This document shows positions 1-13,675 of a DNA stretch of 64,000 nucleotides, in pieces. Position 1 is the stretch's first letter. Every line of letters starts with the position of its first letter. The notes under the pieces are model-generated. The model searched no databases, was not told the DNA's origin, and saw only the letters and a list, made by a program, of their open reading frames with translations. The translations under genes were made by a program, and so were the position numbers. The stretch covers positions 1,430,373 through 1,494,372 of the forward strand of contig JAAOMT010000003.1 of the NCBI GenBank assembly GCA_016748015.1. Reading direction: 5' to 3'. This DNA is from Geosiphon pyriformis uo1 (taxonomy: Eukaryota > Fungi > Glomeromycota).

Positions 1-199
1 GAAAAAAAGCAGAGAATCGAATAAACTCTTTTTTGCATCAAAGCATTCCAAATATTTTAATAAAATAATTACTAAAGTTCAATGTAAATTGCACTGTTCA
101 AGTATAAATTATAAATTTAAATTTAAATTTAAATTTGCCTTGGCTTGTCTCAATAATTTAAATTTATAATTTAAAAACGATTTTACATTCTTGATCCAG

Positions 200-1657
200 T
201 TAGTATACTAAGATAGGATCAAATGAGGGATATGAATCGAAGCAACTTCCCATAAGGACGTTAAGGTAGGGGCCGTTATTTGATTCATAACGTGATAAAG
301 AGTACTGGTTTATACATTCCTAAAAATAAAATCAATGGTTTTTCAATTCCTTGCTGATATCCAAAATACAAAAATCTCGAGACTTTTTGCAGATAGCTAA
401 CCTGACTCTCCTCTGTATACGACTCGCCTTCCGTAATAATAGTTGGACCTTCACATTGATAAACCTCAGACGTTGGACAATCACAAGAACTATCTATCCA
501 ATATTCGGTTTTTTGATGAAAGTACTCATCATACACGTTTCTCGATATGCGAGGAATATAGTCGTCCCTGTGAGTGAACCTATAGAATCTGATATTTTCT
601 CCAAGATTATTCAAAGTTTTTGCGAAATTTCGATCTCCAATATGGGGTTGTCCAAATGTGACTACACTTATAATGGAGGTTGACGCAGTTCGTTGATATA
701 ATTGGAGGAAATCAAGTATGAGAAATGTCGCATGAACTAATTCAAGAAATTGTTTAGCTTATATATTATTACTATATATAAAAAGAAATCAAGTGCATAG
801 AATTATTTCGATTTACCGCCTCCTATGCCATGACCGACAGCCGTGATTTTGTATATATGATTTTGTGTTATGGTCTCAAAGAGCCAATTGGCGATATCAT
901 TATTAGTTGCAAGATACTGTTGATAAAAGTTATCATCCACCTTTACACCAGGATATCGCTGTAATGGAGTCATGGTATTTCTTTTGCCAGACCAATAAGA
1001 GGGGTTATCTGCTTTATCACCCTTTACTCTGACAATTATTTCACCATTTTCCAATATTATATCAGCTAAGAAATTTGGAGAATTAAATTAGTTTTTGAGA
1101 TTGAAAATATTCAATAAACTTTATGCACTCCTTAAAAATTTACCAAATACTCCTCGAGCAAACTCTCTCATAAATTCAGGACAATATGCTCGCATAGCAT
1201 GCCATGCATATTTTTGATGACGCCTCAAAAATTCTTCATTTGTTATTTTTAATTTTATACCAGTGCTGCTTTTGACTTCTAAAGTTACATTTTCTTTTTT
1301 ACCATCGACTAACCCTAATTTTCCTGTCGAACTGTATTGAGGATTTAGAACAGCTGTAACAGCCGATTTATTCTCACATTCTAAGGAATCATAACCATTT
1401 CTATTAACACAATTTCCAGACTTCAAGTTTGGTTCATTCTTTTCCACCGAGAAATATCTTGGTTTTTCTTTAAGGCTGACCAGTCTAATTCCAATCCAGA
1501 CACATAAGGCAACAAGAGTGAAAATCAAAAGCATCAAATACCCACGAACTGATCTTTTCTTTGACCTGGGTTTTCGAAGTTGATTATTATGATCATAAAA
1601 AGTTGCTTCAACACGAGAATCAATCAAAGGTTCCTTTTCGTTAAGATTTTGCTTCAT
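200..1657 (-). CDS. Lipase class 3-fold protein, predicted catalytically inactive (copy 1), N-terminal signal-anchor; 4 exons
   Basis: Exons approx 1657-1144, 1065-817, ~737-401, ~319-200 with GT-AG introns. Motifs: TM (YLMLLIFTLVALCVWIGI), AYC, VGHGIGG, VVTFGQPHIGDRNFA, RFTHRDDYIP, EYWI, CDC, NNGPYL; stop TAA at 202-200. Confidence 0.88.
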
Positions 1658-3534
1658 TTTGAGTTTTAACGTGTAAAAGACGTAGGGCTTGATATATATA
1701 TAAAATGATTTTTATGCCTCAGATCGTATGTGTTTTTGTTTATTAGAACTCGAATAAAGACATTCTCATTAACAAAGAGACAAAAATTTTCCCAGTCCAA
1801 AGAGGTCTTAGATTGTGTCCAAGCACACCAAATACAGCAAAATTAAGAGTAAATGAAATTTCAGCCAAGTGGTAAGCCTTTTTTGTCAAGTATGTAAACG
1901 ATAAGCTCATACCCATGCAAAGAATGAGATTATCATTTTAAATAATCAAAAATCATACCTGTTATAGCCTCATTCCAAAAACCACAGAAAAGGAAATACA
2001 AACGCGAATTTCATAGATGTGACGTTAATTTGGTTTTTTTCATTTTGCCATCATCACATCGTTGATTTGATTGAAAACATGTATTTGGTAAAATCCAGAA
2101 TCTAAATTTCTTGCAATAAAGTTTATAAAAATTTTATCATTTCTATATTAGCACAAATTGGCAACAAAATAATTTTTGGAAATCTTATCAGTGATCTCTT
2201 TTGTTCAAATTCTTGTTGAGAGTTTACTACATATATTAAAGCCCTAAACACTCGAGAAAAGTATATATTGATATCAAAGGTTAGCATTCAGCCGGTATTT
2301 TTGACCTTGGGAAATCAAATTGCATCCAAAAATGAAAAAAACTGCACGGATTTAATATAGAACCTTTTCATGTTGAAGAAATATTTGATAAAATGGTGAA
2401 TAGTCAAATAAGCATTCGTTAATAAATAATGGTTTCACCATTTACGAGCAAAATTAGTTGAAATCATCTTCCGTCTTTAAAACATGTCCAAGAAAAAAAT
2501 AACTAGATCATAACGAAGCAAAATAAAATAAAATAGCACACTAAAATATTGAAATGCTTTTCATCTTCTAAAAAGAGTTTTTCATTATTCCAAAATTTAT
2601 TTCTCCTGCTACACTATCCTTCCAAATCTCGGTATTTCTTGTCGTTTCTAATGCAATTAAACCCGAAGAGAAAATCCTATGCCTTTTTTTCTGAAATTGT
2701 TTATAAATTGGTGACAATATTCTGCATATGGACTTGAATTTTTCAATTGGAATGGGAAAAGTGGTAATTAATTAGAATAAAATATACTCTGGCAGAACCG
2801 TATATCCGCATTATAATCTCACTACAATTTTACTTGCTAAACCCATTGAACAGAAGCACGCCTTTTGTTAAAAAACTTCCGAAAATTTAGCAGAGAAAAT
2901 TGCAAAAAAAAATTCTCGGAAAGCAGGACTTTGCAGCATATTAAACCAACGAAAATTCGTGTACTCCCAAAAAAAATGTAAGATTTGCGAAACAGGGTGA
3001 CTGCCTGAAAGAAAAAGATTTTTTTCCGCAGGCATTTACGATGAAGTGTCCTTTTTAAATATCAAATTATAGCCAGCATCATTAAAGAAGAAATCTTAAC
3101 AATGTGTAAAGATTTTAGTGTTCCCTTACACTAACTTTTGAGTCTGACAATTTGGTCTTTCAAAACAAAAAAGATACAGTTGCTTATTACATATTTGTGT
3201 AGTTTACGCTCTGCTATAAATAAAATTGGATGAAATTTAAATCAGGTGAACAAATATTATGCTTAAAGCATTTTCAAAGTTATTTATACGATGAATAATT
3301 GAAAAAAAGAGATGCTTAGCTTTTGGGTAACTTATTCTTAGGACTAAATAAATGTCTGCAAAGGAGATGGAGGTAGTTTAGTTTAAAGCATATCGGCATT
3401 TCTTATAAAAATATCGTATTTGCAATGTTCGAATAACATAGTGGGCTTAAAAGTTTAGGACAAGTAAATTCTTGAATCAAGATTATTGGAAATACTTATG
3501 AGTCTTGGAGTTTGGATTTTAATGTTTTTTCTGT

Positions 3535-6500
3535 TCAGCTCTCGCCAAGCCATTGAATTAGCTTGCTCTTAAGTTGTAGAAGTTTTAAAGGTTTCGTGAG
3601 ATAATCACTCATCCCGCTTTCCAAGCATTTATCACGTGTGCCCTTAGCAGCAGAAGCTGTCAATGCAATAATTGGGATCTCAGATTGAGGTGGCTTCATG
3701 CCACGAATAGCTCTGGATGCATCAAATCCTGACATAACCGGCTACAAAAAATATATATAATATTATTTTATGCAAAGTGGAGAAAATGGTTTACTATACC
3801 AATTAATTTCAAATTACCATAGCACAGTCCATTAGGATCAAGGATATTCTGGTTTTAGGTGTGGAGACATCTGAGTCAATGGAATCTCCAATTTCCCCTT
3901 GAACAATGTCAATTGCTTCTTGACCATTAGTGGCGGATAAGGATTGGTATCCCAGTTTGGTAAGCTGATGTAGAATTACCTAAACAAGAGACCAAAATAT
4001 GGTCAAACCTATGCTTAGCAAGATAAAGAAAATTCTGTTTTACTGACCTTCATATTAATTGGATTATCCTCCTGACAACGGAAATTTATTTTCAAAAGTT
4101 ACACTCAAGCTTGTAGTATCAAAAAAATCCATTAAATGTTAAGAGAAAATTAAATACCACGCATAATATACACTTCGATTGTGAGACTGCTCGAGTTCGG
4201 GATTTTTTTGATGATTCAGATTGTGATGAGCCATTAATGTCACTCGATGCGGATCTCTTACTCGGTAGCCTTGAGGAATTTGGTTTTTGTAACTTCGCTG
4301 TTAACTCCTCTTCCGGCGAAATATTAATTGCTGATACAGGCAATGCTTCCTGTATCATTTCAATATCAGGCTCAATGCTAACATCCGAGCTTCTAATTAT
4401 CGTAGACTCCTGATCAGTAGAAAGCGTTGGTCGATTGTGATAATCATAATCCTCAACTCGAAATCGATTAATTGATAAACCGACTGTTGGTTTAGGTTCA
4501 TCCATTTTGGCAGAATTAAATATTTCCTTATCACACAAACAATCCAATAATCGTTGCCGCATTACAGGCTTGCAAAGTGCTGCGGTATGTCCACCAATCT
4601 TTCGAATTAGTTCCTTGCCTAAGGCGCGACCTCCAGCAGACCAAAAGACTAATAAACCAATCGCCAATTTATCTTCACAAATAGATTGTAATTCTTTCGC
4701 AGCTTTCAATACTTGTTCGGTGTTTTTAGAGGATACATTAAAGAAAACCAAATCCCATGGTGGGCTGTGATACTGATCCCGCCAAGCTTTTGATGCCATC
4801 ACAGCTTTGGAACAATCCTCAAATGCCTCTACTTTATCAACGTTTGGATTAAGCATCGCTACCATAGCGGATCGAGATACTGCCACCGTGTCTATAACCA
4901 TGACCCTCCTCAATTTTATTTTGCTGGGTAAAACAAACATTGGCTCACCATTTGCCAGTTGATGAAGGGATTTTAGCGGCGTTGCCTTAAGGGTAAGGGG
5001 TTCAATATTCCAGGTAAACCAGAACCGACTACCTTTATTTAATTCACTCTGAACCCCTAAATCACCTCCATTAATGGAGACTAAATGTTTGCAGATAGAT
5101 AGACCTAAACCGGTACCATCTTGGCGTCTAGTCATTGAAGGGTCACCTTGTGAAAAGCTATCCCAAATATCTTTGATAAAGACTGGATCAATTCTACAAA
5201 AAATTACAGTTTTATAAGTTTTTGTTATAAAAAGCCGATATAAAACTTCAACACCTTACCCGATGCCTGTATCAGTCAATTCAATAAGTAAGCTTCCTGT
5301 TTTATGAGTATTCGGCTCACTATACAGCTCTGTTTCTGTGTTTTGGACATCGATTGAAGAAATTTTAAGTACGATCTCCCCAGAATCGGTGAACTTCAGC
5401 CTGAAAATTCTCGTTAGCTTTTAACAAAAAATTGCAATCTTTAATTGAAAATCCAAGATAACTTACGAGTTTGATAATAAATTCATTAGAATTTGTTGCA
5501 ATCTGCGAATTTAAAAACTCGAGTATTTAAAATGTCATTCTATATTCATTTCTATGAAATAAATTTAATGACATTTTTATTTACCTTTCAGGATCAGATT
5601 TCACATATTTTGGCAACTCAGTTGGATCAAAGATGAGAACCAATTCAATCTGTTTCGTGCCAGCTCGTTCGCCAAATATTTCTATTGTTTTCTCCACAAG
5701 GTCAAATAAATCAAAGGTTCGACAGGCCAGCGTAATTTTTTGCGCTTCAAGCTTTGCCGCGTCCAAAATGTCATTTACAACGGAAAGAACTACATCGGAA
5801 GCGCGAGTCATTATTTGAACCATATCTTTTTGATCAGTCGAGAGTGGTGTATCTTCTAGAGCAGATAAAACACCAATTATAGCTCCCAAAGGTGTACGTA
5901 ATTCTAAAAGAATATATTTAAATTAATTAAAAGTTTACTTAAATATAAGTTGCTATCATCTTGACATACCATGAGAAGTGTTGGCAAGAATTTGACTTTT
6001 GGCTTCATTTGCAGCTTTGGCTGCTTCCATTTGTGCTTCACGTTTGAGTTTTTCTTCGGAAAGTTTTGCATGAGTTATAGCCAAGCTGATTTGATTAGAA
6101 ATCTGCTGCAAAAACATTTTTTCAGAATCTGACCAATTTTCATTGGGTTTTCGATGAGCAATAATCCATCCCCAAAAAGAAGAGTTCAAATGAATAGCAA
6201 CTGATACTGAGGAAACCGACTCGTTAAGGATTGGTGAAAAATAATTTGCATGCGTTTCGATCTCAAGATCAAGAAAATCATTATCAGTATCAGCATTATA
6301 TAATCGTGGAACCAATTTGTTTTGTATTGGAACTGGTTGATCAGCTAAGGCTCGAGTAAAAGATCCCAAAAATGAAGAGCGATCATAGGAAAATGCATCG
6401 AGGTCTGGTAACCCATCCAAGTGATCGACCCATCTCTCTTGACTTTCATCAATACCCCTACCAATCACATGTGTCCCGACTAGAGGCTGCGTTTTTGAAC

Positions 6501-9500
6501 AAGAAGTTGGAGCGGCCATAATTTTTGCTGAACCTTTGTTCATTGGATCACTGAACAGGATGAATATTGAATCACAGGTGAGAATTCTGTTGATTTCATC
6601 AACAGCAGTTGATAAAATTTCCTCAATACTTAATCCGGAACGAATTTTACTGCTAATAGAAAATAGCAATTGTTTTGTTTGGATTTGGCGATGTTGTTGA
6701 ACTACAAGTTCATAACGTAGATTTGAAAGCTTTATATTAACTCGTACACGAGCAATAAGTTCACGGCCATTGAAAGGCTTGATCAAATAATCATCAGCAC
6801 CTCTCTCCAATCCTTGAAAAAATCGAAGCATTATTTATTAATAGCTATAATAGAATTCAAGGTAATCAAAAGGGTCTTTCGTGCAAACCTTCCACGCTCG
6901 CTTCTTCGCCTGCTCTTGCGGATAACAGGATGATGGGGATCCTTTGAGTTGACGGATCAGAGCGTAACAATTTAGTTAGCTCAAGGCCATTTATGTTGGG
7001 CATCATTATATCTATTGTTAAATTAAAAACCCATACATAAATAAAATCAAGAAAAAGCTTCACAATTATTTTACTTCTACAACGTACCACTTAACACAAG
7101 ATCCGGTTTTAATTCGCGATTATTTATAAGGGTTAACGCTTGATGACCATCGTAGGCACAAAAAACCTCGAACTCAAGTTTGAGAATATTCGCAAGATAA
7201 TTCCTGGGTAAAATATTAATAGTTAAATTAGCTAGGAAAAGTGTTTTTTTTAAAAAAAATGCTTGAAATATGGAAAACCAATTATAATAATCACCTCATA
7301 TCATTATTATCTTCTACCACAAGAACTGTGTAACGTCTGTTGGGATTAGTTGACTCTTCAGTAGATAAAACCGAAGTTGAAGTTTCTTTGTAAGCTTCTA
7401 ATGTTGGTGAGGCGATGGACAAAGACTTTAAATGTTCCATCGTTTTGTTCGCATCTTCTTCCTCCTCCTTCTTCTCTTCGAAGTTTGTGATAAAATTGTA
7501 GGAATCAGGCTTTCTTGTGATCCATTGATCACTTTCTTCCAAATATAAATCAACATTGTTGGCAATTCGCCCCCGAGATGAGGAAGCTAAACTTTTTTCA
7601 TCTTCCTTTAGATCATTACTTACAATCTTACTTGGCGACAAATGATCTTTTCCGGTTAATAAGTAAACTTGAAATGTAGACCCAACACCAGCTTCTGAAG
7701 TCACTGTTATGTCGCCTCCATGATGCTTTGCTAATTCTTTAACAAGAGCTAAGCCTATACCAGTGCCTTCATGGCTTCGTGATTGTTTCGATTCAATTCG
7801 ATAGAAACGTTGAAAAAGATTACCAAGGTGCTCTTTTTCAATCCCAACACCTTTTAATTAATACAATTGATTGGAATAATCAAGATGCGTTAAATTATTT
7901 ACAAAGGAATTAAAAATATGCTGTTTTTAAATTAAAACAACAACCTGTATCAGATACTTCCAAGACAACAACTTCACCGCATTCCTTCCTATCAGCATAA
8001 AGACGTACAGTGACTCCTCCATACCACGTGTATTTGAAAGCATTGGAACCTATGTTCAAATATAATTAGAAAAAAGTTTTTACACTTTGAATTCTTGTTC
8101 GCTCTAGAATCTAAAGTCAGAATCTTACATAAATTGAATACTATCTTTTCATAAAAATCCAAATCAAGATAGACTTTGCGTTCCAATTGACTTTCTAAAA
8201 CTTCACAATCTGGAATGTCGATCTTATAGGTAAGTCCAAATGATTTAGCCATGCTCTCAAAATTGGAAGCCAATTCTTTGGTAATCTTGGCAATGTTGCT
8301 TTCGTTATATCGGGCTTCCAAATGACCTGCTTCAATTCGTGAAAACTTGAAATATTTGTAAAAGTCAAATTGATTTGATTCATTTACTCAATCAGCGAAA
8401 GTAAACGTTGAATTCTTATGATAATCGCCAACCTGCAACAGAGTGTTTACTAATTTGAGCAAGCGTCGCGTATTGCGTTGAATCATTTCCAAGTTACCTA
8501 AAAAAGGAGATTCACGTCCACATGTGGCAATGGTATCTTCAAGTGGAGCTAACATAAGCGTGAGTGGGGCTAGAAATCGATGTTCAAAGTAAGCATTTTG
8601 ATAAATTATATTACAGGTGACAAAGAATTAGAATTGCAAGATTTTCAAATATATAGTTACTTCTCAATTCATGACTGATATTTTGAAAAAACATAATCTT
8701 CTGACGATTAAGATCAGCCAAAAGTTCTGCTTGCTTTCTCTCTTCTTCACGTGATCGTCCATTTGTTAAGCTAGAACTGACATGTCCAATTACTAACTGA
8801 AAAAAATATAGCATTGAGTTTGTAACAAATTTAGTTTCCTAGATCGAGCAAATTATTGAGAGCACAAACCTGACAGAATTCCAAATATGGGGCGTCAAGT
8901 GCTCGATGTTTATTAATCCCGCATATAAGGACAGCCGTTAGCATGGATTTCCCAGAAAAAGATGCTAATACGGGAAGAAGGATTGCTTGCGAGCCCTCAG
9001 CGAGTGAGACGGTTACATATTTATTATTTCTAATTACTTCCTTTAGAGGCCATGAAATGGGGTTCGATTGGTCTGTTGATTTTTGATTGCTATCCCGAGG
9101 TTTTGATCTATTTTCCAGAAAAGCCTCCATTTCTTTGGTGACATCAAGGTGACCACATGTTTTCGGTAGAAAATCAGGTAAATTTCTTGTAGATTTCCCT
9201 TCCACAAATTGTAATTCGTCAACACCATCGTCCGCAGATTGGACGAGTAAATTATCATCAAAAGTTGTAGCAGTTAATCGTGCTATATATCCTTTATCAT
9301 TTTCGTTAATGTGTGTATGTTCAATCAAGTATATAATAGCATACGTTATATCAGCATTGTGCTCACGAAGAGCAGTTGTGACCAAATGGCAAGAACTTTC
9401 GATAGATTTGGCACCTTTCAATAAAAGTATATTTTAATTTAATAAATGGTTGAAAATGATAATTTTTTCTCAAGTTTATAACATACCGGGAGTTCGATTC

Positions 9501-10502
9501 CCTAATTCACTCAAAGTTTTTAAACGACGAGCAGAGAGAACTCTTTGAGTTGTTTCCTGAACTGGAGTAAATAACCCGAGAATATCTCCATTTTCTCCGA
9601 ATATTGGGCTGAAAGTAAACGAAAAATAGCATTCTTCGGTATATCCGGCACGCGACATTAAAAGTAATAGATCATCATTAAATTGCCCTTTGCCAGTTAA
9701 CATTACTCTGTTAATAAATCTGAGTATTAAAATATGATCAAGTCTGTAAAATTCATTTAAAATAGGGTGGAAGTATTACTTATCAAAAATTGGCCCTATT
9801 ACGTCCCATATTTCGGGCCAAACTTCCTTTGCTGGTTTACCCAATGCTGAGAAAAAAATATGTCAGTGTTAGAAATAAGAAATTGGTTCAAAGGTTTGGA
9901 TGTGGACTCTCAATTTCCAAGTCTAAAATATTCGCCTAACCTTCTGGATGTTTCAATTTTAATATAGGCCGCCACACTGAAAGGTTCGATCGAGAAATAG
10001 TCAAAAATTGTGAGATTTAGAAAGTTTCCGTTGAAAATTTTATTTTCCAGCATATTAAAAAAAAAACTTTACTTTGATTATAAATCAATACTTTGTCGGA
10101 TCCGCAGTACAACACCATTGGAAACACCGAGTGAAGACATAGGTCCTAGAATATTGGTAGGAAGAAAAAGAAATGGAAAAACTTTTAATGAAGCACACAT
10201 TCACAATGAAAGGCAATATTAGAATAATTGGATATAGGCTAGACATTGAAAAAGATGTCAATTTGTTTGGCGCAATTCAAACTCCTTCATGAAAAATCCC
10301 TGGGGTTTATCGTCAATACTTTGAAGCTAATAAAATATTAAAATAAGCGTACCACAACTGTTTTTAAGGAAGTTGGCCATGTGTTCATAGCACCAAGCTC
10401 CGTGGATGACCAGTCAAAAGCATAAACAAGCTCGGAAAGTGGTAGTTCATCTTGATATTGGTCCAAAGGTTCCTGGTCTAATTGGGTTTTGTCAGCCGAC
10501 AT
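3535..10502 (-). CDS. Dual hybrid histidine kinase (PAS-like, GAF-like, HisKA-HATPase, REC, GAF, HisKA-HATPase, degenerate REC, REC); many short exons
   Basis: Start MSADKTQ...FDWSSTELGAMNTWPTSLKT at 10502. H-box 1 FFQNISHELR|TPL; G-boxes DTGVGI and HEGTGIGL; REC1 VLVVEDNNDMR...DIMMP...ILLSA...GADDYLIKPF. H-box 2 ILANTSH|ELRTPL; DGTGLGLSICKHLV; REC2 CV|EDNPINMK (24-nt exon 4071-4048)...LMDCAM|PVMSG...IIALTA...DYLTKP. Confidence 0.93.
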
Positions 10503-11681
10503 GGATTGCCAAAATTTGGAATTTTTTGCTTAGTTGAATTCGAAAAAAAGTCCCAAATGATTATAATGAATTCGATCGATCGGACTCTTTGACGACCGTG
10601 CAAAAAATTTTTGGGAGTGAAAAGACGGAAGCGAGCAGTGCTTTTAACACAATTACAACAGGTTTTTAAGATCCACTGTATTAACTTAAATTGTACTTCA
10701 CTGAATTATAGCACTGAACTTTTTTTTTAATTTAACAAGATGGTCTAAGCGCGAGGGCGATAGTGGTCCAGAACGTTTTTTCACTCCTTTTTTTTGATGC
10801 CTTGTAGCAATAAAGATACGAGGTAGTGCGACCACCCTAAACGAAGATCAGCATTTCTATTAATGTAATTATGTCATCAAAGAATTATTTTTTGGTTCAC
10901 TCATCGCATGCATCATCGCTGGAAGATGAATCATGCATGTCATAATTGTTAGAAAAGTGCGACTTTGCATGTTGTTACATAGTAGGATACCAACAATGCA
11001 TATAGTGAGGGAGACTCAATTATTCTAGCAGAAGTCAAGTTTCGATGAAAGTATTCATTTAAAGGAAATAAATTTCCTTACCTCTCTTTGTTAAAAATTC
11101 AAATAAGAATTTGTAATGAAAGAATCTTGTTATTGTCGCAGAGAATTAATTTTCTACCAGCTCTTAGATCTTAAGATTATGAACACACAATCAAGAAATT
11201 GGTTTATGTTGCTGCCCTACATTGGAAAGACACATTAACCGAGTGATACGGTGGGAAAACTTATAAATGTTTGCATTAATAAAAAGATTTTAAAGTTTGA
11301 ATAGCGTTAAATGCATTAAATACTTTCAACCAAAATAAGAATGTATGTATTTTATACAATACAAATCAAAAAAAAATGTTTACACAACTTCCAAATATTT
11401 TTGATGTAAAAAACTGTGTAGTATTTTAACTTATAATTATGGAAAATGATAAAGTCAAAGCCTTTAATTAATAATTTTTGAATGGATTAATTTTTTCTAT
11501 TATGATGACAAACATATTTGTAATTAGTTCAAAATATTTTCAGATAATAATAAACATAAAATTTTTTAGTATTCCATGTATATATGAAGCTATATTAACA
11601 GGGTAAAACTTTTCTTTTTAGTTTAAAAGTAATTTCAGGATTACAAGGTAGGAGAAAATCAAATGTATAAAGTCTATTCTA

Positions 11682-13675
11682 CTAAGAAACCACTTCCCGA
11701 TGCATAACTTCAAGTGTACGCCCTTTGGTCTAAGATAAATAATCAAATATTAAAATCCTTTCGTAAGACGCATTTCAAAAATCAGAAATTAAATACAAAC
11801 CTCAGGAAGAAAAATATATGTTGCTAAAGCACCAATAGCTGAAATCACGGCAAATGCAAGGAATGTATAGTTTCCAAGGGTCGAATTAAGCACGGGAAAA
11901 GTGGCAGTAGATGAAAAATTCAAAATCCAATTTAAAGAAGATATCACCGAAGCAGCAGCACTTATTCCATGGGTCGGGATCAATTCTGGAATAAGTAGGA
12001 AGGGAATTGGACCCAAACCAATTGCAAAGGATGCGACGAATAATAAAACTATGAAAAAAAATCTAATTCTTATTTTCATCGTAATAAAATGGTTTATAAC
12101 ACAATCTCAACACAATCTCTCTAGACCAAAAATCGATCACTTGCCTGAAATAACTACGAGAACATCGTACGCATAAAAAGACCCAAATATAACGAGAACT
12201 GAAGAGATAAAGACTCCTATTTGTGAAAGAAGCAATAAAGGTCTTCTTCCATTTTTGTCAACAATCATGACAGCAAAAGTCGTAAAAACCAGATTGACAA
12301 GACCGACAGCTATTGTTGCATAGCTTGCCGAATTTCCAAAAACTGTGGAAAATATTTCAGTGCTCAAGATACAAAAGACTCGAATGGTAAATTTTTAGTT
12401 CTAAACATCGGCTATCGTAGAAATTTATAATTACCTGTAATAAATAATGCCATTAATGCCACATATTTGTTGCATGGTATGCACCCCAAAACAAATAAAT
12501 ATCATTTTTCGACAATTTTCATCTTGAAAAAGTTCATGGAGTGATAATGATCTTCCGGAATATATAATTGATTCGTTAGTGCTCAATCCATCGCTTGATA
12601 ATAATTCGGGATTTTGACTTTCAAAATTATTTCGTGCTTCAACAATTTCTTTAAATTCTGTCTGAATATCATATCCTTTTCGTAATTGCTGCAATGAATT
12701 ATTAGCCTCCTCCAATCGGTTCTTTAAAATTAAGTAGCGAGGTGTTTCTACACAAAATTTTAGTAAAATGATTTGGATTAAAGCTGGCAGCGCATTTAAA
12801 GCCAACAGGAATCGCCAGCCAGGAACAAATGACAACCAAAGGCCAAAAATCTGGGAAACTAGCACGCCAATCACTATAAAGAGATGATGACTTGTCCCTA
12901 AGGCCCCTCTTCCTTTCGTCGTTGCTATTTCACCTAAATATGTCTTTGAAATAAAATTTGAATCAAATTTAAAGGCCAAATTCAAAATTCTTCAAGAGTC
13001 CATTTACCGGGACAGTAACAGTGGAAATGCCGCTACCAATTCCAGTAAATATCCGTCCGATAATAAACATGGCTGGATTTATCGCAGAGGCCAGCACAAT
13101 TCCCCCCAGAATATAATTCAAATTGTTCACCCTAAGGGTAGGAACTCGACCAAACCTATTTTGTAAGTTTCCCCCCATAAGACTTCCCAACAAGCCACCA
13201 AAAGCATAACTTCCAACTGCAAATCCCCTAAATTTATCAGCAGTAAAAAATGTGACAATTTTCACGATGAGCAGGATGAAAAGAAAAGCTTAAAATTTTA
13301 CCAAAGTAAATTTTCCATTGGCAAACAATCTGGTAATGTGCTAGTCAAAAAATTTTGGCCACCATGTTCGCAATTACGAATCGTTTTCTCTTGACAAAAT
13401 TTTATTGAATTGGATTATTTATTTTCAACAAGTAAATTCAAAAGCTATTGCTTCTATAAATTTAAAGATTTCAGGGTTTTACCTGGTACGTTTGTTACCC
13501 CAATATTCCAACCATTCTCAAAGGCCGTCAAAACACTCACGAATGCCACAAACAGGCAATAGGATGGCAGATAAGCTGTCTTAGAATTGGGGGTTTCAAT
13601 GCTCGTCTCTGGGAATTCATTTTCAACAAAAATTTTTGGTGAACTTGGTTTCATTTCTGAACTTTGAGTTTGCAT
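11682..13675 (-). CDS. MFS sugar porter (GLUT/SLC2-like hexose transporter)
   Basis: Motifs FENGWNIGVTNVP, NRFGR, GRIFTGIG, EIATTKGRGALG, ETPRYL, QQICGINGIIYYSTEIF, VDKNGRRPLLL, GLGPIPFLLIPEL, LNW, LPE|TKGRTLE. Multiple introns; stop TAG at 11684-11682. Confidence 0.93.

Noticed and set aside
10570-10975. Short palindromes (tcgatcgatcg, catgcatg) upstream of the HK as regulatory sites
   Set aside because: Too short to distinguish from chance without orthologous promoters.
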